A stretch of 62,280 nucleotides of DNA, taken from Chiloscyllium plagiosum (lineage: Eukaryota). The position numbers and the translations under genes are program-made. Every line of letters begins with the position of its first letter. The stretch's first letter is position 1. The DNA is taken from the NCBI RefSeq assembly GCF_004010195.1, contig NC_057711.1, positions 83,187,568-83,249,847 of the forward strand, written 5' to 3'. The notes under the pieces are model-generated. The model searched no databases and was not told the DNA's origin. It saw nothing but the letters and a program-made list of their open reading frames with translations. Positions 10,847 through 22,800 of this stretch are shown here, one piece after another.

Positions 10847-13800
10847 GTAAGTGGCCTTTCAAAAACATTTATAATATAATTAATGTAAAGGTTTCAAATG
10901 TACCAAAATATTAACACATTGACAACATGGAATTATTTACTAAATTGAAATAAAAGTATATTTACCGATTTAGTGGCAATAACCTAAAAATTGAGATGCT
11001 GCCTTGAGGAAGTGTAACACGTTCATTTGAAATTACTTCTGTCCAATATTTAATAAGACTATTGATCTGTTCTGAAGAGGTTAATGCTTCAATCTGAGCA
11101 GCAGACAGATAATTATATGAACTAATAAGTATTAGTTTGATAATACCTCTGTTTACCATGCAAACTCACTAGGCACTTGTGCAGTAATTTAATTTTTGAT
11201 TTATGTATTAGTTATAGGCTTTATAATCAAACTTTTTATTTGTTCTACTCTGTAGTAGCTTTCTGTACTTTAATCAGAAATGCCAGCTTTGGAGACCCAT
11301 AACTCTCTGGTCAGATTAGAACAGAAAGCAAAATTACCCTTGAGAGTAAGTGGTAAATAATGTTATGGATATTATAAATACAACCAACACCTCATTAATC
11401 CAGGTTTCCTTTCTTAATGGAAATATAATTTGACCATTTCCCCAGAGAATATTGAAGCAAATTGGTCAGTGACATTAGACTGTTGATTTTTGATTCAGTA
11501 ATATATTCTTAAATTTCTTACAAGTTCTATACCATTATTTTCTAATTGGTTAATTTGTCTTGTATGTTACTGTGATTGTTAATTTTAAGAATGCCGCAAT
11601 ATATATTTAAAATAGCCAGCTTTGGAATGATTTATTACTTTTGAGAAATTATTTTGTGATGAGAAAACATGGAATTAGTTACGTCTAGATGAGGATATTC
11701 ATTTTATGCAGCTGTACAGTTTCAAAAGTAGGCTTTTTAATTTGATACTGGAAATGTGTTGCTGGAAAAGCGCAGCAGGTCAGGCAGCATCCAGGGAACA
11801 GGAGAATCGACGTTTTGGGCATAAGCCCTTCTTCAGGAATGGGGAAAGTTTGTCCAGCAGGCTAAGCCTTAGCCTTAGCCTTAGCCTGCTGGACAAACTT
11901 TCCCCATTCCTGAAGAAGGGCTTATGCCCGAAACGTCGATTCTCCTGTTCCCTGGATGCTGCCTGACCTGCTGCGCTTTTCCAGCAACACATTTCCAGCT
12001 CTGATCTCCAGCATCTGCAGACCTCACTTTCTCCTTTTTAATTTGATAGTACAACACTGTGTTATAAATGTGAAAATAAACAGAAACACATTTGATTAAA
12101 TGCACTTTCAATCGTTTTATTGCATCGATCACAGTTACATCTCAACGTATGATGTAACATTAACATAATTCCAATGAACATTAAGCTATACATAACATTT
12201 TACAAAATTATGCATGCATAGAATCAAAAACATACTAGTTCAAGAGAACAAATGCATTTGAAGTAATTTATAACAATCATTCAAGTATTATCTCATTTTG
12301 CTTATTCTCACCCTGGAGATTTTACTCCATCCTTATGTACTTTACCTCTATTCTGATTACATTGTAGATACTGTTCACTTCATGATGTCTGAGAATGTAT
12401 ATATTCCTCGTGGGCTTTAGCATTTATCATCTTAGTTTCCGTATCAAGCAGAGATTAGCATTTGAACTGCTTCTGATCAGCTAAGCAGCCATAGTTGAGT
12501 CCATTACTGGCATTAGATTATAGCATTTATTGTATTTTTTCCTTATTAAATGCATTAAAGCATTTTTTTGCTGTTACTTATCCTATCTGATAATCCAATA
12601 GCAGCTTTTGTTCTGGGTTGTGAAAGTTTCCAGAGCTGAATTTAACTTGGCATCCATTGTGGATTTTAGAATGGCTTTTGACTAGTTGGAATCCTTCGTA
12701 ACACCTGGTCATAACCTAATGAAACAGATATTTGAATTTCTGCTTATGCAATTTCACAACTAATCAATAGAGTATTTCTTTTGAGTATGTTCCTCACATG
12801 CAACAGTAACAAAATAGGTACTGAAATAAATCAACGTGTGTTTTAAATAAGGCTGATTCAAATGTAGTTGTTACCTGGCTTGGAAGAATTTTTGCAGGAA
12901 TGAATATGTAAGCTCACAGTGAAGATGTAGTTGAGAATAGGAATCTTGATTGAAGAATGACCCTGGAGGTTGAGTACTAGTACTGCAAACTTTAGTACCT
13001 ACAGCTGAAATTGTCACCTTGCTTGCTTTGTAAAAATCAGATACAGGCAGCAGTGACATACCTGTATCAGGTCCATTGACTTCCCACATGTTAAAATCTC
13101 AAACGGGTGCTTTTAAGCAGTAATAAAACTGCTCTGGGTAAGATAGCAATGTCTTTCTTCTATTATACATCAACAGAGTTCTTCTTGAATTTCATCCCAA
13201 GTCTGCGCAGGACTAACCCTTGAGGACCCACCAAGAATCCTTAGGTGTCCTTTGTCCACTCCCTGTTCCCCAAAGCCACAGCCTCCTGGTACCCTGTCTT
13301 TAGTTGAGCTTTGGTAACCATTCCTTTGGTTACCTGTTGGAGAAGCCTCTTACCAATCAAAATTTTGCTTCCACTTGTCTGCTAAAAAATTAGCATCAAC
13401 CATGCAGTTTAGACTGGAGATGAATAGGGCCTGTGTACTGCTCCTGCCTGCATAATTTGGCCTTTCCAGCTTAATTGTTGCACCTCAGTATTCTTTTCTT
13501 TCAAAGTACATCTAGTTTTGCTCATTTTTTACTTTCTTGTTTCTTTCACATCTGGAGGGAAACTAACTCAATGAGAAGAAAGTGATCACTTTATTACAGT
13601 TACCCTTCATTCCTATTTTAAACTTTTTTCCAAACATAGTAATTTAGGTAAATTAAATGGAGTAGTACACCTACCATTTATTACCTTAGCCCTGACTTAG
13701 CATCACAACCTGATTTATAATAACACAAACATCAGCAGATGCTGAGAATATGAATCGGATACAGAAATTGTTGAACAAACTTAGTAGGTCTGACAACATT

Positions 13801-16800
13801 TGTGGAGAGAAAGCAGCGTTAACATTTCAAAGTGTCACTGGACTGAAAACATTAATTCTGCTTTCTCTCCACTGATGCTACCAGACCTGCTGAGTTTCTC
13901 CAACTACGTCTGATTTAGTAATATGATCTAAATTGTTTGACTGGTATTACATAAAGACCTTGTAAACTATCTAAAGAAAATCTAAACATATACATAATAC
14001 TTTAATGCTGGGTGATACTAAAGTGTGTGTAAAATATTTTCTTTCCTCCAGGATCTTAACAGAAAACCCATTCCTCTGCTCTTGTGGCATTGCATGGATC
14101 CAGTTGTGGCAGGAAAATAACCTGGCCACTCTAGACGTTCAGAACCTGACATGTCGAGGGGAGAATGACTGGAGGATAACCCTATCATACATGAAGATCC
14201 CAGACTGTGGTACTGTCATTTTTCCTAAAAGCATTGTGTGTGAAGTTTTCCCTTCAGGTGATGTTTAAAGGTCTGTTAAATAAAGCACAAGAATAGAAGA
14301 AGTAAGAATAAATTAAGGATTATCAATGGTTTAAGAAGGAAAACATGTGCCTAAAATATTCAGAGATCTTTGAGTATCTTGTACAGATTCCCTGCCCTGT
14401 CTGTCATTTGTGAATGCCACCAGTGCTTTGTCCTTATTGATTGCAGGATATTTAATAACTTGCTGCTGCAATTGCCTTTTATTTTTAGTGCCACATTAAT
14501 GATTTAATAATCAATGTTAGTACTCAAAAATGATGGCAATGAAGAATAAATGGAACATTAACGCTGCTCTGATCTTAAAATATAACTGGGGGTAATTATG
14601 AAAATTTAGTAAAGTTGTTGGTATAGGACACCAGTCCAACATTAAGAGGTTAAGACACCTACGTTTGGAATTTAGGGCTAAATGATATTGGATGCAGAGC
14701 CCTATGTTTTTGGATATTGTTAAAAGGTTTACACCCCTACAGCTTGGGTACAGATCACTATGTTATGAGGTACAGAGCTCACTGTTGTTGGTTACAGAGT
14801 CCTGTGTTGTTAGATACAGAGTCCTAAGAAACCATTAGGTTGTTTAGAATTACTTCTGCTGAAGCAAATAAATTACGAGATCAGTAGCAATAAGTTGAGA
14901 TTAGTTGGAATGGTTATAAACAAACACATGGTTGAAAAAGAAATAAATTAAGAATGTACCCGTCTTTTGAATTTATTGCCTGTGAGAGTGACCCTGTCCA
15001 CTGCTTGGAAAGAGGGAGACAACCTGACTGTAGTTATTTTCAAAAGCGCTGATGGAATTGAATGTTCATTGCTGCCGATGCATCTGCCCCTTTAAATGGA
15101 CAATCTCCATATCATCATTCCAAACTCAGGAGGATTGGCAGCTCTTCAATCACCAGCATCACTGAAAGCGATGGTTTCTGCTGATACTGTAGCAGGTCCT
15201 AGCAGGCAAAATGAAAAGGCCTTAGGCTTAAAGTAGGTTTATCGGGCTTGTCAGAATGATTAAATCCAGCCTCAGAAATTGGGAGGTGGCTGTTGTTGCG
15301 GTGAGGAGAGGATCTTACAGAGAAGACAGACCTTTCAGCCGGGGTCCTCAGTGACCCACACAGGCTGGCAGATCAGGAGAGTTCTCTTTCCCCCACTGAT
15401 CCTGTTGGGAATCTGACAAACTTGCTGGGCCATTAACTGCTCACTTAAGGCTCTCTGTTTCCCTCTGAAGTTCTTGAATTACCCCTCACTTGACTTCATC
15501 GGGGACATGTGAGGGGTAAGTGACATGCACATTTCTTTCCTCCCAGTCTTACAGCAGCAAACTTCCCTCCCCCTTGCCCATTCCCAAGGGTAGAATTTAA
15601 TTCTGTCACTTGTCTTGTTTTGTAGAGGCCTAATAAAAACACCATAGGTCACAGATAAAAATTAAGTTGCGATGGTTACAAATGGAGAAAGAGCAGAGCA
15701 TGTGGATGCTCCATTGATCTTAATGGAAGAGGTTAATTTTAAATAAAATGCTGCAATCTTCTACCTGATCTGGCACACAATCCTCTCATTGACACACTAC
15801 CTTGAACACCACAACCACTCAGCCACTGACTGCCCTGCCCTCTGTACCAATCTGCCACCTGAACCCAGACCCTGCCTAGCACCCGATATATAGCCTGATG
15901 TCACAAACAAACAGCTGGAGACCACAGAGTGGGAGCTGTGAGCCACTCTGCAGCAGTTGTCTGGGAGAATGCGGGACTACATTCAAGAGAAGGCTGCGAT
16001 AGAAAGATAGTTCTGAAAAGTTTGGGCTCAGAGGGATCTGAGCTCTGGGAAAGTGTGCTGTGATTGTGGAGGGAAGTGGGTAGTTCTATTCCAGGGATGC
16101 CCCAAGCTCCCTTCTGTGATCCTTGTGGCCTTCAAGAAAATCTGAGAATTAAATTTTAAAGTTGCCTCAGGGCCTTCTCCGCCAGGATTCTGCTTCTCAC
16201 AGGCTCTACTTCCCTGCCTTGGGCCTCTGGTTGCTGATTACACCCTGACCACATCTTTGCAGTCAATCTGCATATTTTAAACAGAATTCTCACCCTTTAC
16301 TCTGGTGTCTCACTTGCCTGCTAAAAAGAGCAAGTGAATATGGGGACATGGCAGGAAGGAAATGGAATTGGTAGGTAATAGACACCGGTTATTTTAACTG
16401 TCTCCTCCAACTGGATTCTGTCAAATGGGGCAATTAAAATAAGATCTTAAACACAATTATGACTCAATTTAAATTTAAAATCATCTACCAGAACCAACTG
16501 TTAAGAACGTTTGCTACCTTTCTTCACTTAAACATTATCAAAATACTTGCAGTGAACGAGTATTGAGACATCTAATAAAGGAACCTTAGATAATATAGAA
16601 CCTTACGGATAGAAGCCAGATGCTTTGGAATGACTTATTTACAGCATCAAATCAATTGCAAACTTTAGTATGGACCACTGAACTGGTACAACACATCAGA
16701 ATGCCAGCACATACTGCAGCAGAGAGTTAAGTCTTGGCTTCTTGCCTAATGTAATTCCAATAGATGGGCCCTGACATTTGCCATGGGTCAAGGACAGCTG

Positions 16801-19800
16801 TCACTCGGAGACCACACACTTCACTACAGGGAATAATAATAACAACCTGTACAGGCCATTTAACCTCTAGAGCTTGGTCAATCAATGAATTGGATCATGG
16901 CTAATCTGAACCACAACTTTATCCATCCGTCTTTTTTCCATGTTACTGATAGTCTTGCCTAAAAATCAAATGCCAAACTAAACGCTATGCCATTTGTGAT
17001 GGATTCTATATAGATGCAGGTCAATTTTTTGCTCCGTACAAAAAATGTTGTTCTTTATACACAAAGTTATATACTCAAAACACGAACACAAACACTCCAT
17101 AGGTCCCTCTGATCTGAGCTGGTTGTTGCCCACTTATCTTTACAGAGGATTTCTGGTCCAATTTCTGAGGTATAAGCCTTCATAAGTGAAGCAATCCTGC
17201 AATTCATGCAGCAGCTGCCCATGGCCTTTTTTCACGGCAGTAGTTGTCATGATCTAGGGTTTCAAGGTGCTATAAACACTCTGACAACTACTGAAAGAGG
17301 ATAAATTTGTATGGTCCGTGAGTCAGGCAGGTGCTGTGCAGACTGTCAGGCATGTGAGAGATAGAGTACCATGTAGATGGAGTGGGGGAGGGTGATAAGC
17401 TGGTGGGAGTTTAGTTGTATATGCATGGGGGAGTAGAGTGACAAGTGGGTGAGGGGTACAGGTGTCGGGTTGGAGAACAGTCAGTGGCTCTGCGCTTGGA
17501 AGTTATTGTGACAGGCAGATAAGAGGCCTTGGTGCCAAATGGATTGGGGTAGGTGCCAGATGGGTGGGGAGTGGTGACATGTTGATAGAGAGAATAAAGT
17601 AGTAAGTGGCTGAGGGGAAGGGAGGATGATGGCAGATGGTGAGGTTTTGGGGTGGTAGGTAGGTGAGAGGATTGTGTGCCAAGTTGGAAAGTAGTATATG
17701 TGCCAGATGCATAGGGTGGCAAGTGAGTGTGGAGGTAGGATGGCAGATGGTGCAGGGTAGGGTGACAAGTAAATGGGTGAGGGCTTAGGATAAGGAATTC
17801 CAGTTGGAGGAATGTCATGCAATTGGGTGGAGGCAGGTTGGCGGTTGGATTGGTGTGGGAGAGTTTGTATTGAGGTTTTTGGATTCCTGTTTGAGGTTGG
17901 TAGAAGTAATCTGGATGTTAGTGGTGTATTATGAAGCCAGTTTAATAGTTAGCCAAGGGTTAGAGCAAGTTTAATTCCTCTAAAGTTATCTGGTTAAGTA
18001 TTAAGGTAAGTGAGTCAGAACTATTCAAATTCTCCTGCACTAGTTCAGAGTTCCTGGGCAATCCCTGTAGAGTGCGCTGTGTTGGAACTTTCTCATGGTC
18101 TTGCCATTGTGACTCCAGTATATACCTCAGCACCGATGATCTTCTGGTTTGAAGATATGGGCCATTGTGGACTCTGGATATTTGTTTACTTTGGCCATGT
18201 CTCTTCTCACACTGTTGCCTGGATGCACTGGAACTTTGCAGTAGCAGCAAACAAGACATCTTCTCTTACAAAAACTTTATGTTATGAGAACATCCAGACA
18301 GACAGATAGGGAAAAAAGTATAGCCTACTATCTGGAGCGTGACCTTATTCACTGGTGAAGCAGGCTTGAAGGGCTAAATGGTCTACTTCTGCTATCTCTT
18401 GTGTTCCTTTGTTTGTGAAAGATCAACTTTTGACTTAAAATAAATTAGCACTGGTGCAAAAATTCGCCTTATCATCCACAAATGTAGAAAGATTATGAAG
18501 TTAAAAATCACACAACATCAGGTTATAGTCCAACAGGTTTATTTGGAAGCACTAATTTTCAGAGCACTGCTCTTTCATCAGGTGGTTGCGGAGTATAAGA
18601 TCGTAAGACACAGAATTCATAGCAAAAGTTTACAGTGTGATGTAACTGAAATTATATATTGAAAATACCTGGATTGTTTGTTAAGTCTCTCATCCTTTAG
18701 AATGACCATGTTGGTTTCAGTTCTTTCATATATAAATCCCAAAACCTTTTTAAAGTTACATTCTCAAGTGAACTTTAACAATAGGTGCCCGGATATGCAT
18801 CGAAGGTGTGAGGTGCCCTGTGTGAGGCTGTCTGTGCCCCAGTGTTCAGACTGATTCTATTTCTAAACAAGGGATGGACAGAATCTTGCATGGATTTCTG
18901 CAGTTTTTGAGCAAAACAAAATGTAATTCTGCAAGTACAAATTCATTCCATAAACTTATATGTGTGTGTGTGTGTGTGTGTGTGTNNNNNNNNNNNNNNN
19001 NNNNNNNNNNNNNNNGTGCCTGTGAAAGAGTATGTGTATGTGTGTGAGTGTGAATATAAAGAAGTCTGTGAGAGGGTGTAGGTGTGTGGGAGTGTATGTG
19101 TGAGCGTATGAGAGAGAGCTTGTGTATGAGAGAGGGTCTGTGTGAGTGTGTGTGTTTGTACACAGGATCTGTTCAAATGAGGAGGAATGTGATGGGCATT
19201 TGGAAGTACTCAAGGATGCCCTCGTAAGAACGGGGTATGATGCTCAACTCATCAACCACAGTGAAAAACTGTAATGACCTCCTCAGGAGACAGACACGAG
19301 CTGCAACCGACAGGGTACCCTTCGTTGTCCAGTCCTTCCCAGGAGCCAAAGAACTATGCCATGTTCTTCACATTATTAATGAGGATGAGTACCATGCCAA
19401 GACCTTCCTCACACCTCCACTTGTCACCTTTAAACAACCACCAAACCTCAAACAGATCATTGAACTCAGCAAACTGCCTGGCTTTCAGGACAACCTTGTC
19501 ACGTTAGACGTTGCAAGACTTGTCAATGTCGACATGGGTACCACCATTACACCTGGGGGCACCTCCCATCAGGTATGTGGCAGGTACTCATGTGACTCAG
19601 CTGACATTGTCTATTTCATACACTGCAGACAAGGATACTCTGAGGCATGGTACATTGGCAAAATTGAGCAGAGGCTACGGCAAGAGATGAATGGACACCG
19701 CACAACAATCACCAGCCAGGAGTGTTCCCTCCTGGTCAGAGAATGCCTCAGCGGTCTGGGACCTTCGACCTCGGACCCTCAGGTGACTATCCTCCAAGGC

Positions 19801-22800
19801 AGACTTCGGGAGAGACAAGAACAAAAAGTGACCGAGCAGTGGCTGATAGCCAAGTTCGGTAGCCATGGAGATGGCCTCAACCGGGACCTTGGGTTCATGT
19901 CACACTGCAGGTGACCCCACTGCACCACACACACACACACACACACACTCCTACAGACCCATATACTCATGCAGACCCTCTACTCCTTTCACTCACACTC
20001 AAACATGGACACATACACACACTCTCTCACAGACACTCAAACCCCACCCCACCATTCCCTGCGTACACACACCCTCATGCACACAGACACACACACACAT
20101 ATATAGGTTTGTGGGGTGAATTTGTACTTGCAGAATTACATCTTATTTTGCTCAAAAACTGCATGAATCCATGTAAGATTCTGTAAATCCCTTGTTTAGA
20201 AATAGAATCAGTCTGAACACTGGGGCACAGACAGCCTCACACAGGGCACCTCACACCTTCAATGAGTTATCTGGGCTGACATGGCATCTATTGTTAAAGT
20301 TCACTCGAGAACGTAACTTTAAAAAAATTCTGGGTCTTACATATGAAAGAACTGTAACCAACATGGTCATTCTAAAGGATGAGAGACTTCACAAACCATC
20401 CAGGTCTTTTTCAATATATAATTTCAGTTACATCACACTGTAAAGTTTTGTTATAAATTCTGCACCTTATGATCTTATACTCCACAACCACCTGATGAAG
20501 TAGCAGCACTTTGAAAGCTAATGCTTCCAAATAAACCTATTGGACTACAACATGGTGTTGTGTGATTTTTAACTTTGTACACCCCAGTCCAACACTGGAA
20601 TCTCCAAATCAGAAAAATTATGCACACAGATCCTACTGTGTTTTGAGGTGTTGCTAATGAAGAAGTTTGCTTGTTAGTGTATAGTTGCAAAGTTGCCATA
20701 AAAACAATTACCCAAGTTAGAAATAATTGGAGGCAGCTATGTGGAGTAAGGCAACCAAATGGGCCATTATCTCATTGAATGGTGGAACAGGCTGGAGAGG
20801 CTGAATGGCCTATTTCTGTTCCTATGGTCCTATGTTCTGAACACTTATTTTGCAGAAGACAAGAAGATCAGCAATAGTGCACTTCTAATACTGTATCAAT
20901 AAAATCTTCAGACTTCCCCAGGTTGAGTTCTCCTTTCTCAAATAAACTTAGCACTAAAAATGTAAAAAAAACCGTAATCACATACTTGGTGTCAAATTCT
21001 TGTCAGATGACACCGATGCTTTTCATCCAACTAACATTGTCACTCATTTCACAGAGAATGACCACTTACTCATTGAGACAATATAGGAAGTTGACTCCTT
21101 AATTTTTTTGTGACAAGAGTGATTAAAAATCCTGTGATGCTAAAATCAGCATGACTATTCTGTATTCCATTTTGGGCTGTTTATTTAAACTGTATGCTGG
21201 AGGTGGCAAAATAAAACTATGAATCTCTGGCTCTCACATTTGTTTCTGCCACCCTTCTACAGAATCTTAGGGTTGGATTTTATGGACATAATATTTTAGC
21301 ATTTGGGATCATTTACAGATTTCAGAGCACTGCACAGTCCAGGTTAATTTTCCAGAAAGTGACCGATGTTTCACCTTCCTAATGAGGTGTGAGGAGCCTG
21401 ATTGTCTATTAAGTGACTGCTGCAGTCTATGTTCATTTCAATAGGAACCTTGTAATTTACAGACAAAGTATTTATGCAGTTAGAGTTCTGCCATGAGCTT
21501 AGAGTATTCTCTCTCTCTCTCTCCCCAATCACATGACCTAACTTCATCATTACATCATGATCTCTTAGACTTATGCTCTTAACTCATTACTGCAAATCTC
21601 TCATCAAGTCTCAAACACTACAGCGTTAGTCTCTAAGGCAGTTATACAGCTTTCCCTGGTCTTGTTCTACTTTGTTTCCGAGGTTGATGGCCTATTCCAC
21701 TCTCCCTTCTCTTTAATGGAGTGTGCATTTCTTGGATATTAACAGGACTTTTCATGAATCTCTGCTGTTCTCCAAGGCCAGGATCATATGTTTATGGGTT
21801 TATTTGCAAGGATTTTAAGGCTGTCTGATTCCTGCCTCTAACACCTTGTGATGTTTGCATTAAATGATCTTGACTGATATATTTTTTGACACCAGTTCCT
21901 TCCTGTTGTTGATCTCAGATCTGTATTCGATTCTCCAGCTGACGAACTGGTAACTTGCAGGAATGCAGGATGCGTGAGCAAATTGACCAATGGTGCAGGC
22001 GGTGATTCAAGTGAGGGATGTGAAATGGGAATGTGATAGTGATAAGATACAGTACTGTCAAGTGAATAAATACTGCTCACTGCAACTTGACCAACAACTT
22101 AGAAGGTTGTGTGCTTGTCCAATGCTTGGTTTAAAGACATGTCCCAAAGCTGGAGATGAATTTACATGGCAGGGGGAGGATCTAGTTATCATTCTCCAAG
22201 TAAGATCCAACAAGATAGGTAGAACTAGGAGTGATATTCTGTGGAAAGATTTTGAGGAGTTTGGGTGCAAATTAAAAGGCAGCTCCTGAAAACAAAATCT
22301 TGATTTTTACTTCAGTAATGAACCAGTTGCCATAAGTTAGAAGATTAATGTGTCTCTGAAGGACTGGTGGAGTCAGCAAGTGTTTGTTAAGAAAAGAGAG
22401 AGCTGTTCAGGCAGGATGGGCTCCACGTAAATTGGGCCATAATCAGTGACTTGATGAATCAAATAACTAGGGTACGTATTTCATGTAAACTAAGGAAGTG
22501 GCAAGGAGTGGAGAAGGCAGTAGAAGAATTCAGGGAAAGGATAAATTCAAAAACAGCAAGAAGAATGCCAAGGCTTGAGAACAAAGCAGTATTTTGGGCA
22601 AAATGAAGGTCAGAATTGTTCAGGAAGGAACAGTCAAAGAAACAAAGGCATTGAAGTATTAATGGCTCATGTGACATAGTTGAAAATTAGAGAAAAATCA
22701 CAGCTAAAGGTACTATGCTGAAATGTATGAAGAATTAGCAACTAATTAGCCTTATTTGTTATTAGACATCTCAGGCACGGAATAACAAGATCCAATTCCT

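Larger units (their letters stand above)
18498..20610 (+). mobile_element. Penelope-like element (Neptune-like), 5'-truncated, with inverted pseudo-LTR, (CA)n tracts and GIY-YIG remnant
   Basis: 18498-~19160 is the reverse complement of ~19920-20575, followed by a 35-nt tail at 20576-20610. TSD agaaagattatg (18486-18497) / agaaaaattatg (20611-20622). Confidence 0.9.

Noticed and set aside
11748..11998. Long hairpin as a pre-miRNA or classical MITE
   Set aside because: The 15-bp variable TSD, asymmetric tail and HHR core fit a Penelope origin better. Production of siRNA from the hairpin is not excluded.
17411..17822. Pro/His/Thr-rich minus-strand ORFs
   Set aside because: A product of G-rich low-complexity DNA with no recognisable domain.
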